DNA of 63,327 nt, the filler included, from Welwitschia mirabilis (Eukaryota): NCBI GenBank assembly GCA_051453625.1. It is 7 parts of one record of this genome, joined end to end, with 100 filler letters (N's around TTAATTAATTAA, not from the genome) between each part and the next. Parts side by side here need not be neighbours in the genome. Positions count along the whole stretch, not along the records: positions 2,088 to 21,644 come from JBOZIK010000001.1; positions 21,745 to 44,498 come from JBOZIK010000001.1; 5 more parts are not named here. The stretch is one strand, 5' to 3'. Of the stretch, positions 13,540-26,161 are shown in pieces (the first letter of the stretch is position 1; every line of letters starts with the position of its first letter). Under the pieces are notes generated by a model. It saw nothing but the letters and a program-made list of their open reading frames with translations, was not told where the DNA came from and searched no databases. The position numbers were made by a program, and so were the translations under genes.

Positions 13540-14900
13540 CTTATCTTAATTCTAGGTTTAATAGCCTTGGTGATTGTCTTATAGGCATTCTGTTTTTCTC
13601 AAGATATATTTTATGCTAAATAATTTTGAAAGGAGTACTACATAATTCTTTGTGAGTCCATGCAAAATCTTAAACATGTTTTATTAACATATCAACTACT
13701 CAGGATTTTTCAAGTTTAGATAAAGTTGATGACATAATTAAAGGATCCTTATAATCATCATGGATAATGATCTATTTAAGATTGTTAGGAAATATTTTTA
13801 ATTTTCAATCATGCATTAAAATACCCACCTCTTCCTCTTAAATGAGGTTGTAATGTATTTCAAAAAAAACATTCCTCTGTATTTAAAAATGTTCTCTTGA
13901 TCTTTCTTAAAAGGGAATAGATTTTGTTTTAACAAATTTTCATTCAATTAATAAGTATTATAAGAGTTCAAAGATTATTGGACAATGATCTTTTCATTAC
14001 TATAACAAATTAATAAAGGTACATATTTAGAATGATTTAACATTAATATTTTCTTATAGTTTCTAGTTGAAATTAATTTAACATCCTTAATCATAAAATC
14101 CAGTGCCTCTATTATCTCATCTATTACTTTTAATTTTTTAAATGCATTAAATACTTTAATATTTTTTTTTTTATTTTTAAAGGAAAATTTCATCACTCTA
14201 ATTATACTATTAATGAGGAAATTAGCTATAGCATAACTGCATCCCTTAAATTAATGAATATTTACCATCTTTGATTACTTGGAGAATAATAGAATCAACT
14301 AGGTAAAATAATTTATCAATTTAAAGTAAAATATTTTTAATGATTCCTATTACTTTTGTAATAAAATCATCTAATAACTCTAATATTATTTTAGTAGGTT
14401 CTAGTATTTCTTCTAAATTTTAATTGTTTTATTATGTAAAAGGGCATAACATTCATACTTCCTCCCTACTTCATTAAATATTTTCTTATCTTTCTATTTT
14501 TTTTTCAAAATTACACTTATAATAGTAGCTCTTAGATCCTTGTATTTATAAGATTTATTACCTAGAAAAGATGTTGTTGTGTAAGCACTAAACACTTTCT
14601 TAGCAAAACCCTATTATTTTTCCTAGTTACTAGATACCTCTAATTGTTTTGATATTATTTGCTATGCTAAATTATTTTTCAAAGAGGTAGATTAATATTG
14701 GTTTCTTTCATTATTTCTCTTATTTATTTATTTTCTCCAAACATTGTCATTAACTACTTCATCTAAGATTATATTCCTCTCATTTTCTTTTACTACTAGC
14801 ATAGGACATTTAAAAATTAGATTGATCTATGTTAATTGTAGGACTTGATTCTTCTATGTCATCTTTATTCTTTTACTTATCTAAATTAGTGAGATTTTTA
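13540..14900 (-). mobile_element. Highly decayed Athila-like gag/protease to RT-linker fragment
   Basis: Minus strand KYKDLRATIISVIL, SMNVMPFYIIKQL, IGIIKNILL*IDKLFYLVDSII (~14280-14550) and DFAWTHKEL...HKIYLEKNRMPIRQSPRLLN (~13560-13670), paralleling 44996-46285. Confidence 0.75.
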
Positions 14901-16790
14901 GGATTTGTGTTTATTCATGTACATTTTTCTATCTTATTATCATTTACATTATCTCTATTAGTATAAGATTATGAGTGGATTATTCCCTTATTTTTGCTGA
15001 TCATATAAAATTATTTATTTTAATATTTACAATATTTTCTTCATGTTTTCATTTGTTTCTTAGGTTTGTTTTATAAGAACTTTTAAAGTTTATTTCAAAA
15101 ACATATTTTTGTTGATTATTTATAGTACTACCCCTTAAATAATAATGATTTTAGTTGTTCTAAGACAATGTAAGGACATAATTATCAAAATATTAGAACC
15201 AAAATTTCAATGCTCTCTAAAGTATTCTATTAAGTATGAGTCATATTATGAACTAAAGTTGTAAACTTCTTCAAAAAATGAGTTATTTACAAGTAGTAAT
15301 TGCTAGAAATATTAGCTTTATGAACATTATTCTCACAAGGAAAACATAAAACTATTTGCGATCTAGAATTAGTTCTTTCTTCTACTTTTGAGAACAGGTA
15401 GGCCAAAAGATCAAACATAGTTGACCTAGCCTTTTTAGCTTTTGCCATGTTTCAAGAAAGAAGACAAATAAAAATGTAAGTTTCAAAAAATAAAAGATGT
15501 TTTCTTTATAAAAATATTACATTCCAAACTTATTAAAGTTATGATTACAATATTATTAGACTATTAGTTATGATTTTTATAAAATGGTAATGTAGATACC
15601 TATATCTGGGCATGCTTTTGTGAAATAATGATATAAATAATTTTGAACCTCTAATGCTTTCTAATATGTTAATAGAGACAACTCTAAAATTTCATTAATG
15701 TTATGATACAATTAAAGTAAATATTTAATTATGTGAGTTAAAACATTTTCCTGATGCCTATAGAATTATATCACTAATATCGATCATGATTCACTAGAAC
15801 AAATGAATGATATGTAAAAATACGTATTATACTTGCTCTTAGCTATTATAGAGAACATGTAATAGGATGTAATTCAATATATCATGGTGGAAGTTATTAT
15901 GCTTAATTTGAAAAAATCCCAAGCCATCTTACATATAAACAAGTCTAAGTGATAGATTCATAAATGAATAATGAAGATCTATGTATAATCATGTCACCAG
16001 TGATCAAGTAATTTTTCATCCTTGTTCCAAAATTTTTAAAGCTACTTTCATATACAATATGTGTTGAATATTTTACTATATTGGTTATTATGGCTTAAAT
16101 TACATTATTAAATTACTTGTAATTAATAGGGATTATTAAAAATTAGTTAGATCTCTTTGCACCTTTCTAATTGCATGAGAGGCTAGAACTTGACATAATT
16201 AAAATTCAAGAAAGCATTACAATTTTAATGCATGTGTTGTCTCAAGGACAAAACCATAGAGTAGGGAATGACCAAAGAATAGGTAAAGAATATTCCTAAC
16301 TTAATGAAGGGACCTCACTAGAAATGTATTCACTTAGTATCCTTCTTCTAGCTTAGTAACCTATTTGTACGTCTAACCCTTTTGAGGAAATGTTACTTGT
16401 AAGGATACCTAATTCTTGATTTAATAGTAGCTAATATATTAAAAGCTACATGTTTCTATTCTCATAGGAGATGTTATTATTATAGAAATAATGAAACTTT
16501 AAATATATTCAACCATAGAAAATACACACTATTATGTAAATTAAAAATGTTAAATATAAATATATTCATGTTTATATTGATGACCAAAATAGATAGTAAA
16601 CAAATAAATATATTATTATGAACATATAAATATATTTATATGTAGTAATTATATATATATATATATATCTTTACCAACATATAAACATTATCTACTTATA
16701 TGTGTAAAATAACATATTCATGTGTTTTACAATCCATGAATATGAACTATTTATGTGTCTACTAATACATGATCATGCATTTTCTCTTCT

Positions 16791-19604
16791 TGTAAAACCC
16801 TAAGAAACTAGCAGCCAAGTGGGCACTGGAGGCAAGCTAAGGTAGTAAGGGTGGTTTTTCTTTTTTGAAAATGATGGAAGATGGTCTAGGAAAAGGAATA
16901 AAGATAGCAAGAAATTTGTACAAGCTTAAAAGCTGCAGAGCTTAGAGAGTATAGTTATCATATCCTTGATTTGATGATATGGTAAGAAATAAATCAAATA
17001 ATCTATCAAGGATTGTATACATATGATTCACATAAAAATCTCTTTTTTCTGGTCTTCTTTGTGTAATGCTTTATGATGATGTTATAGATCTCCTATCAAA
17101 GAATGTAGTTAACTCATTTATAAGCAACAATGTGTTTTCCACCTATAGAAGCTATGTAGTAAGGGTGGAATTTTTCATTAAGTTTTACTGCTAGGAAATT
17201 TAAGTCATTAGACAATGTAAAAAATAGCATGTAGAACAATTAGCAAATGAATGAAAAGTAGAGACAATTTAAGTGTAAATGTTAATAGGTTTATGTGATA
17301 CTATAAAAACATGACCATAACTCAAAATTATGTAATGAAGTAAAGGCCCCAAGTAACCTTCATTGTAAAAGCTTCAAGGATAGGGTTATTTATTCATGTT
17401 CATGTGCTTTTTCTTATTCTTCAAGGATAAAGGAACCTATGCTCAGCTTAAAATATTAATGTTTGTAAAAGATAAGGAAAATAATCATAGATGTATTTGT
17501 TATTTGTATTCTTATTAAAAAGACAATAAAGAGTTGTTATCATTTTTATTATTGATTTTACTAAAAATATATTATTATTTTTATTAAAAATATCTAATAA
17601 AATATTAAAGTGATAATAGAGGTATTAAAGAGTCACTATTATTATTATTCTCATTAAAGACATATTAAAGAGATGTTATCATTTATATTATTATATTTAT
17701 TAAAGATTAGTATTATTTTTATTAGATGAGATATTACAAAAATACTAATATTTCTATTCTTATAGTATTGTTAGGTATAGACTTGAAAACTTAGAAGGGA
17801 TGATAAATATCTTTATATATATGTATACGTCTTAGGAAAAACATGAATATGAAAATGATTAAGCAGTTTTATAATGGGATTACATTTAACTGGAAAAGTA
17901 TCCGATGTTATAAAGATAAAAGCTCATTAATAATATTAATTGGTAATCCATTCCTATTTAAACATATACATCTGATAATGACATTGGAACTAATTATCCC
18001 ATAATATCCTTATTTGTATTTGGGGCATGTTATTAGACTCCTAGATATCTTATTCATCAACTATAAATTATAATATGATTGAATTTATTATTAAAAATGA
18101 GCTATAATATTAGCTAGTTAGTATTTAATAAATCTATCTCATAATAGTGTAAGTTTTTCAAATAATAGGTGTTATGTATCCATGTAAAAGGGGATTGTGT
18201 ACCTGCATAAAAAGGGACTATGTACTTAGGTAAAAGAGGATTCTATGCCTAGGTAAACAATTTAATGTGCTTAGCATCCTACCTTTGACTCTCTACATCA
18301 CTTTTTTTCACTTCCTAGATAGGGATAGATCTTTGAAGATCTTCTTTCAAATATATGTATGACCCTATTATAAACACACTTAGCATGCAAATTAATTGAC
18401 ATGATGATGTATGAGGTTTTAATATCCTTGATATCATACATTTATTTATAATTTTATTTTAGAATTATTCCTGTGCATGATAATTTAATATTTTTCATGA
18501 TAGTTATAATCTGTGACATATCTTGTGTGTGAAGTTGTATGTGATTTCTTATTAATTTCTATAGATTTATATGATAATTTTAATAGATTATATTTATTAA
18601 TGTGTAAGTTATAGGGTGCCTATTTATGTAATCTATTTGATAGCATAGTGCTTAAGCTAAATTCTACTAATTTTATCGTGCTTTCTCCTAGAATATCTAT
18701 TTGAAACTTGCTTTACATTATGAATTTAATGATATGAATTTACTCCTTATTTATAGTTAATTTCTTATATTTAATTTTAAATCATGGATGACTATGTCTT
18801 TTACAAAGTTTAGTATATTCTTTGTTTAATAGTTATTTGTAATTCTATACCATGGATGATTATGTCTCTTATGAAGCATATTATGTTCTTTATATTTGAT
18901 GATTATTCTTCATCCACGTTATGGATGACTATGTCTCCTAAAAATTTTGTTTCATTCCTTATTTGGTAATTTACTTTACTTTCCTAAGTTATATTATGGC
19001 TAGACACTGCACTTTATAAGTTTTTCATCTCATGCATCATGGTGAGTTTCATCATCTTTGCATGCTTATGAGTGACTCTATCAACTAATGTACTAGGTTA
19101 TACCTACCTATGAGAGATAATGTATCATAATTATTCCTAATGGAAACTTCATTATATTTAAGGTATTATGCTTAGTTGATTATTAAATCTATGAGTATGC
19201 CATTATTTTATCTGATTAGACTTAAATTCTTAAATTTTCTTTTCTGAGTGTGCTTTTGTATTGACATTGCATGTTAACTTATGAAGATTTCACTTATAAT
19301 CACTTTTAGGTTAGTAATATAAAATAAGGTATATAAGTATTAGATTTTAACATTACCTAAAAGTATTTAATCTTTATATCAATGGTTTCATAATGGAATG
19401 ATATGATTGTAATAAAAAATGCTTAGTAATATTGTGAATATATAACTCTATAGAGGAGAATTTATGTTGGGCTATAGTCACCTTTATGTTTTTGATTATT
19501 TAATCCAAATAGTTATGTAAGAACTAAACATGCTATTGAGATTAGTTATCAAAAATAAATAAAATAAATAAAAAACATATGTGTGGATTTTTAGAGATGT
19601 GACA
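16791..19604 (+). repeat. Probable Tekay/Del-like Gypsy LTR (~2.8 kb, solo or truncated)
   Basis: Starts TGTAAAACCC and ends AGAGATGTGACA, resembling Tekay termini (TGTAA.ACCC...GTGACA). Non-coding with internal tandem motifs. No TSD or PBS seen. Confidence 0.5.
18784..18990. repeat. Degenerate ~68-69-bp tandem repeat, 3 units
   Basis: ATGGATGA(C/T)TATGTCT recurs at 18784, 18852 and 18921. Confidence 0.75.
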
Positions 19605-19711
19605 TGTTAATACTAGAGAAAGTGTAATTCTTAGAAATAGTTCTACAAACTCATAGAGATCACTAACTATATGCTAATACAAGCAAGTGTGATTTTTAAA
19701 AAAGAGAAATC

Positions 19712-21644
19712 TATTAGAACTAGCTTTTCTAGAGTGGGTGATGAATAGAAAATCTATAAATAAGTTTTGCCTTATTTTAAGTAATATGTCTAGAATAGCT
19801 AAACTTTCATTATTAGATAATAATAAACTAAGCTAAATTAGAATTAGGAAATATAATTAACAAGAAAACAAGTCTATTTTCCTCTATTACAAGTGCTTTA
19901 AAGCTAAAAACATTAAATGGAACTTTATGATAGTCCTCCACTAATACAATAAAATACTATAACTATCCTCAGCCCTAAGCTTGTATAATGTCAAGCTCTA
20001 ATCGTTAATGCTATAATTAAAATAATAATTAAAAAAGAGAAAATAGTAAGAAATTAGGAGTAAGAATAATAAATAACAATTATTATAATTTTTTAATATA
20101 GAAGAACAATTAGTATCAATTCTCTTAAAAGATAAAAAATATGTGTGTATTCAAGATTCAAATTATTTGTAGTATGTAGTGCACTTATTCTTGTTATTTT
20201 TTATTAGATTTGCTACAGACACCATCATTGGGATAAACTACAATGGTTAGAATAGCTTTCAAAATTTATTTCAATGACCAAATTAAATTCTCAATAGATG
20301 TTACCATCAAAAAATAAAAGGTTAGTAGTCAACCTTCCTTATTTAGTTACTCAACCATCAAAAGGATCTATTGTTCAACCTGATTTTGGTCAGACCCTTG
20401 CCTATCCTTACCTATTTGACTATGGGTTATGTTCTTTACTAGTTAATCCTTACTTACTTTTTTTACTACTTTGACAATATTCAATCATGTTCACATTTAG
20501 ATTTTATCCTTGGAATTTTATAATTTTATACACAATTAGATATAATATTAGTTTTAATTCATATTATATTTGATTCATTATCAATAAACAACTAGGAGCT
20601 GAGACAATCTCCACCTTTTATATTGATAAAAATTAAATAAAAAATTTGGTGTCTCTTTTAATTATTCACCCCCTTTATTTGTGCTTCCCCTCAGTCTTTG
20701 ATTCCTCTTAATCAACCAAAATTCATTTAAGTATAGAAGATACATTAAGATTCAAAAATACTTGAGAAAGAAAACAAGACTTTATGATATAAAAGTGCTA
20801 AAACGTGATTAATAATGAAAGTTATCTAACTTATCTAATGTTTAAGAAGATATAATAATCTAAAAACTCTACATATGAAAAAACATAGTTTAAGAATTCA
20901 TAGTCCAAATAGTATCTTTTTCACTTTATTATCAATGAAAAGAAGAGAGGTGCATAATGAAAATAGTATATAAGTATGCAGTAATACAAGAATGGAAAAT
21001 GAAATAACATATATGAAACTAAAAGGATATGTGACAATATTAATCAAAAATAGTATCTAATTATGTCACAAAAACAACATCACCAGATTTATGTGAAGAG
21101 TAAGGTACTTAAGATGAAGATGATCTAGATGATGAGTGAGATCCTAATAGAGATGAGAGTGTAACCTTATGAAATCACTTGCAGAGATACTACAATAGTA
21201 CATGTATCCCTCTAGAAGTCTTTCTACTAGATGAAGGCATAATGATTAGAGGTTTCTCCTTATGTACTATGTATGCTTAGAATTCTCCTCCTACTCACAA
21301 AGTAACTATCTCTAAATAGAGATTCTATCATGATTCTTTGACCTTCTTAAGATAAGGATACTTCCATGTACATATTAAATAATGTATTTGTTAAGATTGT
21401 TAAATGTAATTTCTCTATTCAAGGGGTATAACCATTATAGAATAAGTTGTAATAGATATGAAAGTTTACCTCTATATGAAATAAAACAACTATTATTCAC
21501 CCATTATTAAAAACATAGTAAAGGAGGAGTGTAGGGCATGCATGAGATTTGCACAAGTATACTAGTCCTTGAAAAACTAATTTGGCCTTTCAATGATCTT
21601 ATAAACTAGACCTTTAAGGTAGTATAACTTGGCTAATATTCCCT
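19712..21644 (-). mobile_element. 3' end of a Sirevirus-like element: env-like remnant, multiple PPTs and 3' LTR (19712-20606)
   Basis: Minus strand AAAAGGTGGAGAT|TGTCTC at 20620-20601; further PPT-like runs at ~20665-20695; CTAGAGTGGGTGATGAATAG LTR-end motif near 19730; stop-riddled Ser-rich ORF remnant at ~21060-21644. Confidence 0.65.
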
Positions 21645-21744
21645 NNNNNNNNNNNNNNNNNNNNNNNNNNNNNNNNNNNNNNNNNNNNTTAATTAATTAA
21701 NNNNNNNNNNNNNNNNNNNNNNNNNNNNNNNNNNNNNNNNNNNN

Positions 21745-21809
<65 letters not shown>
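21745..21809. repeat. (GT)n(GA)n compound microsatellite at a scaffold start
   Basis: About 25 GT units followed by about 7 GA units. Confidence 0.95.
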
Positions 21810-22084
21810 TAAAAACTTTTATTTCATCACAGAGATAATAACAATCCCTACATCTTTACTTTCAAATAAAAGAGTCTCAACTAGGAAGTACGTTTATTCC
21901 ATAAATAGTAAAGCACAAATCAACAACTTAAAAAAAATGAAAATAGCTAAACTTGATGTTATCATTGGAAAAACCATTCCTTATTCTTCCTCCTATGCCT
22001 CCTTTAGCTTAAAGTCTTTATGGATGGAAGCAAACATAGGTTCTGTAAGGAATCAATAAGAACCCTAATCTTAATGACACAAAA
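21800..22084 (+). mobile_element. Fragment of the Athila-like 3' internal region (end of antisense ORF), truncated by the LTR at 22085
   Basis: Direct, diverged copy of ~29170-29450 (GTAAAAACTTTTATTTCATCA...AAAAGAGTCTCAACTAGGAAGTA...ATAGCTAAACTTGATGTTAT). Confidence 0.8.
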
Positions 22085-22946
22085 TGACAAGTGTATAATT
22101 TATCTAAAAGTACTTCCAAAATAGTAAACTAATTCAATGAAATTCTCAAAAACAAATTGTAATATCAATAAACTACTAGAAAAATCATGCAGATTAAGCT
22201 ACCATAATAATGCATAGATGTAAATCATTAAAATTTTTTATAATGAGACTTCTTCTTTTCTTGCTTTTGACTTATGATAAATACCTAAAATCAGGACATT
22301 GACTTTGTTAAGAATGGATATTCTTAGCAAAAAATGTAGTCTAATAGAAACCTACTTATATACAATAGATTATAGAATGTGGAAAAATTGAGAGAACCAG
22401 AACAAAAGAAACATAGCTAGATCATATGCATCCATTATTTCTAATTAACACACTATCTTAATATAAATTATAGCTAACATTAATATTAAGAGTAGGAAAG
22501 AAATAGCATGTAACGTTTTCAAATCACACACTTTAGTAACATAACATTCTTTTCAGAATAACATATCTTGTATTACTTAGCCAAAGTATAAAGATTTACT
22601 ACCCTTGTGTTTCCACATAAGAACTAGAGCTTTTAGGAAATAACTTTACAGCTTTTTCTCTTATGATCTCTTTGCTTGAATGCGATTTCTTACTTTTTGC
22701 AAGTCTTAAAAAAGATCCCTATGTCTTATGCTATGCGCCTATTTATAAGTGTAGTAGAATAAAGTTTATTGCTTTGTTCTTTCACCACCTATCTAGTTGT
22801 TGTAACTGCCTTCTTTAAATAACCTATATTATAAAGTTAGCTTATAATAACTCAATAAATATTATAATAATATCATAATATTAGCTAACCATTCATCATT
22901 TCCTTTATTAAAAACATATCTTAAGATACATTATTTTGAGTTATTA
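22085..22946 (-). repeat. 3' LTR of copy A (~860 bp)
   Basis: Minus strand AATAGTCTAAGTGTGAAAAAAAT|TAATAA...CTTGTCA; TATA-like CTTATAAATAGGC near 22740. Ends at the same position as the LTR at 34401-35281. Confidence 0.75.
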
Positions 22947-22999
22947 ATTTTTTTCACACTTAGACTATTGATAGACCTCTAACAATACAATTTGTATTA

Positions 23000-25900
23000 T
23001 TTTTGTAGATGTTTAGTCTTCTTCTTTTCTACTATGTTGGCTCTTAAATCAACATGTGACTTTCTTAATTCCTTCAAGTACTTTGCTACTTTAGTTTGTT
23101 CTTTTAATAGGGTTGAATCATCCAAATTTATGCTCTCTTAATCTAAATGATCTACCTTAGACTACTTCCCTTTTGATTATTTATCTTTCATAGTAGTTGG
23201 AGTACCTTTAGATTTGATAGGTTGAGTGAAAGGGGTTTTTTCTGATTCTTTAATTCCATAAGATCTTTCGTATAGAATAGTCCTTCTCTCTTCTCCTTCT
23301 TTTATCTTGAAAGAAAATGTTTATAAAGGATCCCTTGAGTATTCTCAGTATTATAAATTCATTTCTTTAATCTTTTAGAGAATTCAGATCTTGCTTAGTG
23401 ACGGTGAAAAGGAAAATGTCCTTTTTGAATCCTTCACAAAATAGGAGGAGCTTACTTGATGCTTTCTGACTCTATCCCATTATTGCTTTATCTTTTGTGG
23501 TATTTACTTTTTTTAGCACTTGGTCAGATACTCTTATGATTCTCTTCCACCTCTTTTCTATTTTTTGTATGATATAATTTATAACTCTTTCACAATCATC
23601 AATATAATTATATATGTTCTCGGGGTAGAAGTGCATGTTTTATAGTTCTCTTAGTTCCTCATCTCCAAAACCTATTCTCTTCTCTAATCTATCCTCTAAA
23701 AGTCTATTTTGATAAAGTAACCTACTATTTTTATATTTCAGCCATTCTATTAGATTTGATTGGCTGGAGAAAACTAATAGTTCTTTCAAAACATCTAAAA
23801 TTTGCTATGAGAATGTCTAGAATCTACTAGAGAACTTTGATATATAATAATTTATCTGACTCTTCTTAGAATTAAGGATAATTTATTCTTTAAAACTATT
23901 ACTAAATTTTGCTCTAATAAAGGATAATTTACAAGTGTAGAAGAAGAAGAGGATTTTAGCTTTTTTATAAGAAGAGTGATTTCTTTCTCTTGGATCTTAA
24001 TCTTCTCCTGCTTAATTTGTATTTGCTTTAAAGCTTTAATCCACTTTTGTTCAAGTATATTATTTCATTCTTGAATTTTCATGTACTTTTCATGCATTCC
24101 CTTTAATCCATATAAATATTTTTCTTATTATTCCTTCTTTAGAGGAAGATGAACATCATTATACATAAAAGTAATGAACTTCTGCTACAACTCAATATAA
24201 TTGAAAGCATAATTCTTATTATGGATCATACTCTTCAGAAGTTTTAAAATAAAGTCTTTTTTATTAATTGTAGGAAGTTGAAATTTTTATTTTTCATTTC
24301 TATTCTCTTGTTCTAATTCCTCAATTCAAGATTGAGTACTAGTTAGAGAGGATCTGTTTGATTTCTGAAATTTAAAATAAGAGACTACTCTCTCTTCTAA
24401 CTATTGCTTTTTCTCCTTTGACTTATTTCATCCTTTCTACCAAAAAGAAATTTTGTCTTTATAAAATTCATTCTCTATTTTTATAAATATAATTTTCTCT
24501 TTTAAATTTTTGTCCCCTTTCTACAATTGATTCTTTTCTAATAGGAAGGTAGTCAATGAATTTATGGTAGCACATAAAGAATCCATTTTATCCCATTCTA
24601 GTAACTTTGTGAAAGACTCTGATTCTTTCTGTAGCCTTAATTACTAAGGAGTAAATGTATCTATTTGTTTCTTGGAAAGATTTTAGGGCTATTTTTGGAT
24701 TTTTATCACTAGCTATCTTGATTAAGGTACCTCTTTAATGCCCTAAATAAGTAATAGTTTTAGAATAGAAACCCTAAATAAGAAAGCAACTAAGAGTTTC
24801 ATACTATTTATTTTCCTTAAGAAGAATTATGAAATGTTTCTTAAAAAAAATTTCTGATTAATAATGAAAATACTAGTCCTACCTTCATAATTTTCATGGT
24901 ATTTCTAATTTGTAATTTTGATTTACATAAGTATTAAAATATACTAAACCCTTTGTCAACATTCTTAATAGATGGATCTCTGATGGCATTAGTCAAATAC
25001 ACATCAGGTGTGCTCATACATTTTTGTTTATTAATAACTAGGGCAAGATTAGATAATACTATTTTCAAAATAATAAATGCCTTAGGATCTTCTGCCTTAA
25101 CTATATCCATCCATACATCCTTATTGGTAATGTGCTAGAAATGTTTTAAACATAGGGTAGTGTTCTTGTTCTTTCATATTTGTAAGAGTATTCTTCTATA
25201 GGATACTACTATTAGTACAATTATTAATTCATCTAAATAAATGTGTACTAGCATATTATTTATGAATGAATATAACATTGGGGTTCTTCATAGAATGTCA
25301 AATTCTGGTGGAAAGAATAGACTTCTTTGTTACTATATTTTTTTAATAAAGTTAACCAATTCCAACGGCTGAGTTCAATTACATGTTGCTTTAGTCTAGT
25401 GAAACTAGGATCTTTAAGAAGTTTTCCAAAATTTGAACTTAGTATAATTTTATCTTCTACAAAAGAAATTTATGGTTTTTAGCTTTAGAGTTCAACTTCT
25501 TTCATGTATGAATTACTCATATAAGAAGTATTTTTAAATTTCNNNNNNNNNNNNNNNNNNNNNNNNNNNNNNNNNNNNNNNNNNNNNNNNNNNNNNNNNN
25601 NNNNNNNNNNNNNNNNNNNNNNNNNNNNNNNNNNNNNNNNNNNNNNNNNNNNNNNNNNNNNNNNNNNNNNNNNNNNNNNNNNNNNNNNNNNNNNNNNNNN
25701 NNNNNNNNNNNNNNNNNNNNNNNNNNNNNNNNNNNNNNNNNNNNNNNNNNNNNNNNNNNNNNNNNNNNNNNNNNNNNNNNNNNNNNNNNNNNNNNNNNNN
25801 NNNNNNNNNNNNNNNNNNNNNNNNNNNNNNNNNNNNNNNNNNNNNNNNNNNNNNNNNNNNNNNNNNNNNNNNNNNNNNNNNNNNNNNNNNNNNNNNNNNN

Positions 25901-26161
25901 NNNNNNNNNNNNNNNNNNNNNNNNNNNNNNNNNNNNNNNNNNNNNNNNNNNNNNNNNNNNNNNNNNNNNNNNNNNNNNNNNNNNNNNNNNNNNNNNNNNN
26001 NNNNNNNNNNNNNNNNNNNNNNNNNNNNNNNNNNNNNNNNNNNNNNNNNNNNNNNNNNNNNNNNNNNNNNNNNNNNNNNNNNNNNNNNNNNNNNNNNNNN
26101 NNNNNNNNNCAACTTCTTTCATGTATGAATTACTCATATTAGAAGTATTTTTAAATTTCAA
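23000..26161 (-). pseudogene. Decayed large extra (env-like) ORF, copy A
   Basis: MKFKNTSNMSNSYMKEV...EVYSFHQNL...LYSFINN...IVLSNLALVINKQ...DVYLTNAI...; colinear with 31690-34344; contains an assembly gap. Confidence 0.65.

Noticed and set aside
15850..16420. Possible PIF/Harbinger transposase remnant
   Set aside because: Only a vague resemblance; no catalytic motif or TIRs could be read.
18180..18990. CRISPR-like arrays (~21-bp and ~69-bp periodic motifs)
   Set aside because: The units are degenerate whole-unit tandem repeats inside a plant LTR, with no unique spacers and no cas genes.
21745..22059. 104-aa MCVCVCV... ORF
   Set aside because: It is a translation of a microsatellite plus TE non-coding/antisense sequence.
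25494..26160. Near-identical direct repeats flanking N-gaps (also 33359-33397/33498-33536 and 48181-48272/48373-48462)
   Set aside because: These are typical unmerged contig overlaps, not TSDs or real duplications.
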